Under the pieces are notes generated by a model. That model did not search any database and was not told the DNA's origin. It was given only the letters and a program-made list of their open reading frames with translations. This document shows positions 6,910 to 7,883 of a stretch of DNA of 7,883 nt, piece by piece. The position numbers and the translations under genes are program-made. Each line of letters starts with the position of its first letter. Positions within the stretch are counted from its first letter, which is position 1. The stretch is from Octopus sinensis (lineage: Eukaryota): positions 1 through 7,883 of the forward strand of contig NW_021828598.1 of the NCBI RefSeq assembly GCF_006345805.1, read 5' to 3'.

Positions 6910-6999
6910 GCCACCAAAGAAGCCCCTCACAAGAAATAACAACCACATTTCCCCTCAAAATTATATCGGACCGTTTTCTCTTGTCGGATTTTTCATAAG
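6907..6999 (+). repeat. Right copy of perfect 93-bp direct repeat
   Basis: Identical to 6648-6740. Confidence 0.97.
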
Positions 7000-7630
7000 A
7001 TTTTTCCTCTCGTTTTCTCGGATTCCGGACGCTACCCATTCTATAATTAGTTATTATTCTATGATATTGTATGCAAATTCTGAACTATACCATTACATAT
7101 TGTCTACGAGAGTGTATAATTCAGTTCAGATCTGCCCTAAATTACTTCAAATGTCAACCTACAACAGAATTAAACAAATACACACGATTGTTTGTTGTTG
7201 GTGTTGTTTGCCCCACACTCCGCTTCCATCAAGTCATCCCTGATCCAGCAGTCCTGTGATCAAAGACATTCCAGCTATGATCACGCTCTCATTTTTTAAT
7301 TTTTTTTTTTTTTTGCTGACATAGTATATCTAGGACTACTTTATTTAATGCAATCTCTTTGACTTCGTGACGCTCTGGAGATCAAACTAAATAACAATTA
7401 CTGGTGTACTTCACATGGGAAGTTTTTAAAAGTGAAGAAATTTAGAACAAAAATACACAGTAAACAATTATCTTATTTTATGAACCATGCATTGTGTATG
7501 AAAGAATTGTGAATATCATTTCAAGATGCTGAAACATTTAAGTATTCTCGGGTACTCCTCCCACCCAGATCTCTCTTGTGACACACTATATCAAAACCAA
7601 TGTTTTTATGTTGCATTATTGGAATTATGA

Positions 7631-7820
7631 AGGCGGCAAGCTGGTAAAATTGTTAACATGCCGAGTAAAATGCTTAGCGGTATTTTCTTCCCGGCATTTC
7701 ATTCTGCGTTCAAATTCCGCCGAGGTTGACTTTGCCTTTCTTCTTTTCAGGGTCGAAAAAATAAAGAACCGTTCAAGTACAACGGAGTCAATATAATAGA
7801 CTACCCTTCTTCGTAAAAAT
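7631..7820 (+). mobile_element. SINE family C, older diverged copy C2 (3' edge uncertain)
   Basis: AGGCGGCAAGCTGG...GCGTTCAAATTCCGCCGAGGTTGACTTTGCCTTTC is colinear with the reverse complement of 4655-4831. Confidence 0.8.
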
Positions 7821-7824
7821 TTAT

Positions 7825-7883
7825 AGGCGTAGGAGTGGCTGTGTGGTAAGTAGCTTCCTTACGAACCACATGGTCCGGGTTCA
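7825..7883 (+). mobile_element. SINE family B head (B4), runs off the window end
   Basis: AGGCGTAGGAGTGGCTGTGTGGTAAGTAGCTT...ACCACATGGTCCGGGTTCA. Confidence 0.88.

Noticed and set aside
7195-7350. Segment reminiscent of a dispersed octopus repeat
   Set aside because: Single copy in the window with no termini or TSD; vague recollection only, needs a Dfam or BLAST search.

Overview
Non-coding, repeat-saturated eukaryotic DNA with no credible protein-coding gene; the long ORFs in the track derive from microsatellites, SINEs or the Helitron. The repeat families resemble what I recall of octopus/cephalopod genomes (recollection, not a database hit). Contents: three tRNA-derived SINE families, labelled here A (4 copies), B (5 copies, CORE-like) and C (2 copies); a 387-bp non-autonomous Helitron; a 222-bp mariner-derived MITE; two related minisatellite arrays sharing a TGTATCTAGGTCAA core, one with 180/161/140-bp higher-order units; and GT and AG/GATA microsatellites. 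The main signal is three near-perfect long direct duplications (124 bp, 93 bp, and at least 106 bp, predicted about 405 bp) bracketing SINE-containing inserts, next to two ordinary 13-bp target-site duplications (TSDs). This suggests a retroposition or repair route that makes very long TSDs.
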